From the NCBI GenBank assembly GCA_025362315.1, contig JANYGP010000031.1, forward strand, positions 59,886 through 123,885: a DNA stretch of 64,000 nucleotides, given 5' to 3'. Source of the DNA: Polaromonas sp. (GTDB lineage Bacteria; Pseudomonadota; Gammaproteobacteria; Burkholderiales; Burkholderiaceae_C). Positions within the stretch are counted from its first letter, which is position 1, and the number at the start of each line of letters is the position of its first letter. Both the position numbers and the translations under genes were made by a program. The notes beneath the pieces were generated by a model. That model did no database searches and was not told the DNA's origin. It was given only the letters and a program-made list of their open reading frames with translations. This document shows positions 61,276 to 64,000 of this stretch, piece after piece.

Positions 61276-62763
61276 ATGAGCTTTGATCTGATCTTGTTTG
61301 GCGGCACGGGCGATCTGGCATGGAGAAAACTACTGCCAGCGCTATTTCAGGCCTTTCGCCATGGCTCTTTGCCTGCGGGTGGACGCATCGTTGGTGTAGC
61401 ACGTGACGACCTGAGCGATGCGCAATACCGCGCCTTGATCAAGTCACGCTTTGACGATGTCGATCTGGCAAAACGGCCCAACGAAGAAGAGTTTGCACGC
61501 TTTGCGGACCGGCTTTTTTACCTGCGTATGGACCTCTCCAGCCCGGCGGACTACGCCCGCCTGGGCACTCTGCTTTCAACCCATACAGCAGACACGGTGG
61601 TGATGTATCTGGCCACCGCGCCCGGTTTGTTCACCACGTTCTGCGAGCAGATTGCAATTGCCGGCCTGAACGGGCCACAGATGCGTGTGGTGCTTGAAAA
61701 GCCGCTCGGGCATAACCTTGCATCAAACCGCGCCATCAATGAAAGCGTCCGCCGCGTGTTCAGTGAACGGCAGATCTTTCGCATTGACCATTACCTTGGC
61801 AAGCCGTCGGTTCAGAACCTGTTTGCGCTGCGCTTTGGCAACGCGCTGTTTGAGCCGCTCTGGCGACGTGAAACCATTGCCAACATCCAGATCACCATTG
61901 CCGAAGAGCTGGGCATTGAAAAGCGCGGCGCTTTTTACGATTCAACCGGCGCACTGCGCGACATGGTGCAAAACCACGCCCTGCAGCTGCTGTGCGCCAT
62001 CGGCATGGAGCCACCGATCAATGCCCATGCCGACGCCATACGCGACGAAAAACTCAAGGTGCTGCGCTCGCTCAAACCGTGGACGCCTGAAACTCTTCGC
62101 CAGCATGTGGTCAGGGGCCAATACAGCGCCGGCACTATTGACGGGCAAGCGGTCAACGCCTACCGTCAGGAAATCGGCGTAAATGCGAGCAGCAGCACCG
62201 AAACTTTTGTCGCACTGCGCTGCGAAATCGCCAATTGGCGCTGGGCTGGCGTGCCGTTTTACATACGTACCGGCAAGCGCCTCGCGGGTCGCTCGGCGTA
62301 TATTGAAGTCAACTTCAGGCCGGCACCGCATGCGATTTTCAAATCGCCTATGGGCGCAGCCAATCGCCTGGTGATTCACCTGCAGCCCAAAGACGGGCTG
62401 GAACTGCACCTGTTTGCGCAAGGCCAGCAAAATCGCCAGCAAAGCCAGGCACAAGGCCACCCCGACAGTCGTATCGGCCAGACGCTGGCACCGGTGCAAC
62501 TGGACCTCGACTTTGACAAACGCTTTGGCTCGGAACGCGTCGGGGCCTACGAGCGTCTGCTGCTCGATGTGATTGACGGCCGCCTGAACCTGTTTGTGCG
62601 CAGCGACGAACAGGAAGAAGCCTGGCGCTGGGTAGAGCCCATCATGGAAAGCTGGAAAAACGACACAGAAGACCCCAGATCCTACGCATCTGGCACCTGG
62701 GGGCCGAGCGCTTCAAGTGCAATGATTGCCAGAGATGGTTATTGCTGGACTGAAGAATGCTGA
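61276..62763 (+). CDS. zwf: Glucose-6-phosphate 1-dehydrogenase (copy 2)
   Basis: Same motifs as copy 1. Confidence 0.97.
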   Translation: MSFDLILFGGTGDLAWRKLLPALFQAFRHGSLPAGGRIVGVARDDLSDAQYRALIKSRFDDVDLAKRPNEEEFARFADRLFYLRMDLSSPADYARLGTLLSTHTADTVVMYLATAPGLFTTFCEQIAIAGLNGPQMRVVLEKPLGHNLASNRAINESVRRVFSERQIFRIDHYLGKPSVQNLFALRFGNALFEPLWRRETIANIQITIAEELGIEKRGAFYDSTGALRDMVQNHALQLLCAIGMEPPINAHADAIRDEKLKVLRSLKPWTPETLRQHVVRGQYSAGTIDGQAVNAYRQEIGVNASSSTETFVALRCEIANWRWAGVPFYIRTGKRLAGRSAYIEVNFRPAPHAIFKSPMGAANRLVIHLQPKDGLELHLFAQGQQNRQQSQAQGHPDSRIGQTLAPVQLDLDFDKRFGSERVGAYERLLLDVIDGRLNLFVRSDEQEEAWRWVEPIMESWKNDTEDPRSYASGTWGPSASSAMIARDGYCWTEEC

Positions 62764-62766
62764 TGT

Positions 62767-62960
62767 GGCCCCCACGGTCGTTCGCTTCGCGTAACTCTCT
62801 GCCCCCCGAGAGGGCCGCTGCGCCTGCGGCCCGGCAAAGCCTGTTCCACGGCCCTTGTTTCAAAAGAAAAAGACGCCACGATTGCGTACTGCCTGCAATT
62901 TCTTACCCCCGAGGGGGTCGCTGCGCCTGCAGCCCGGCAAAGCCGGTTCTGCGGCCCCTG
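62767..62960 (+). repeat. GCCCCC-family palindromic repeat containing a 55-bp direct repeat (62803-62857, 62906-62960)
   Basis: cccccgag.ggg.cgctgcgcctgc.gcccggcaaagcc.gttc..cggccc.tg twice, 48/55 identical. Confidence 0.8.
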
Positions 62961-62977
62961 CTTGGCAGGACAAACAC

Positions 62978-63823
62978 ATGCTCGACAGAATAAAAGCCTC
63001 TCTGCCCTCATTAGCGCCCGCCGAGCAGCGTGTGGGTCGTCTGGTGCTGTCAGACCCCAGAGCATTTGCCAACCTGCCCATCTCAGAGCTGGCGCTTCGC
63101 TCGCATGTCAGTAAACCAACAGTGGTGCGGTTTTGCCGCAGTGTTGGCTACGACGGTCTGAGCGACTTCAAGCGCAAGCTGGTGGGCAATGTGAGTGAGG
63201 GGGTGCCTTTTATTCATCGCAGTGTGGACGCTGACGACAAGACCGCCGACGTGCTAGTCAAGGTGATTGACAACACGGTAGCCGCATTTTTGAAATATCG
63301 CAATGACGCCTCGTCGTCAACGATTCAAAAAGCTACCGATGCGCTGGCAGCCACCACCACAGCAGGCAAGCGTATCGAATTTTTTGGCGTGGGTAATTCG
63401 GGTATCGTGGCATTTGATGCACAGCACAAGTTCTTCAGGCTGGGGGTTAACACCATCGCTTACAGCGACGGCCACATGCAGGTCATGAGCGCCTCGCTGC
63501 TGGGGCCAGGTGACTGCGTGGTGGTCATTTCAAACTCGGGCCGCACGCGGGACCTGATGGATGCGTGCGACATTGCACGCAAAAACGGTGCCACGACCAT
63601 CGTCATCACGGCTAGCGGCTCGCCCATTGCGTCTGCCGGACATATTCACCTGGCGGCCGATCACCCCGAAGGCTATGACCGCTACAGCCCCATGGTGTCG
63701 CGCCTGCTGCACCTGATGATCATTGATATTCTGGCCACCTGCCTGGCACTGCGCATTGGCGCCAGGCTGCAGCCGCTGCTCAAGGAAATGAAAAACAACC
63801 TGCGCAACAAGCGCTACGCCTGA
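62978..63823 (+). CDS. hexR: RpiR-family regulator HexR (copy 2)
   Basis: About 27 differences in 281 aa from copy 1 by manual count. Confidence 0.88.
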   Translation: MLDRIKASLPSLAPAEQRVGRLVLSDPRAFANLPISELALRSHVSKPTVVRFCRSVGYDGLSDFKRKLVGNVSEGVPFIHRSVDADDKTADVLVKVIDNTVAAFLKYRNDASSSTIQKATDALAATTTAGKRIEFFGVGNSGIVAFDAQHKFFRLGVNTIAYSDGHMQVMSASLLGPGDCVVVISNSGRTRDLMDACDIARKNGATTIVITASGSPIASAGHIHLAADHPEGYDRYSPMVSRLLHLMIIDILATCLALRIGARLQPLLKEMKNNLRNKRYA

Positions 63824-63829
63824 AGCGTC

Positions 63830-63894
63830 AAATCAATAGCAAAAAAGGCTTCTCCGGCAGCATTCACGGGGGCCATTCGCTATTTTTTATAGCG
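63830..63894 (-). repeat. Degenerate TGCTAT repeat downstream of hexR2
   Basis: rc CGCTATAAAAAATAGC-GAATGGCCCCCG... Confidence 0.45.
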
Positions 63895-63910
63895 CACTGT
63901 ATTGCAACAA

Positions 63911-64000
63911 TCAGACAGCGAGTGCCACCGGCAAAGGCATGGACCGCTCCACAATTCCCGCAAACAACGCAGCGCCCAACGGCAACACCGCGTCGTTGAA
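63911..64000 (-). CDS. C-terminus of a probable M20 amidohydrolase (partial)
   Basis: FNDAVLPLGAALFAGIVE...* resembles the M20 DFND..LP.GA tail. Confidence 0.55.
   Translation of the reverse strand, partial: FNDAVLPLGAALFAGIVERSMPLPVALAV

Noticed and set aside
62803-62960. Two 55-bp direct repeats as a mini CRISPR array
   Set aside because: Only two units, too long, 7 mismatches, no cas genes; matches a dispersed palindromic repeat family.
949-63894. 66-bp elements as CRISPR repeats or integron attC sites
   Set aside because: Dispersed in both orientations and inside core genes; no regular spacers, no GTTRRRY cores, no integrase.

Overview
Betaproteobacterial (Comamonadaceae-like, judged from gene content and protein style) chromosomal window. 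1-14 kb: end of the dcw cluster (murG-murC-ddl-ftsQAZ), mnmA, valS, galU, tusA-like, NUDIX, cysM, tRNA-Leu(CAA). 14.3-21.6 kb: an apparently decaying accessory block next to the tRNA (exbD-exbD-exbB, TonB-like stub, M16 protease, broken lectin/DUF11-type surface protein). 21.6-41 kb: mostly housekeeping genes (mmsA, mpl, Bug, MFS, YddA-type ABC, cobCST, ilvA, coq7, porin) plus a probable CU-rich sRNA. 41-64 kb: two diverged copies of a hexR-zwf / tal-pgi locus (HexR about 90% identical by manual count) in mirror orientation. They meet at a junction that fuses two different groEL 3' fragments back to back, so this is either a chimera of two related genomes or a real rearrangement. Only the left copy carries a cassette of two PhnD-like binding proteins and an AfuABC-type (probably sugar-phosphate) transporter. 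A ~66-bp two-hairpin repeat occurs about 13 times, and about half of the copies are translated in-frame inside core genes. A second palindromic repeat is inserted in-frame in mpl. All comparisons were made by eye; no database searches were run.
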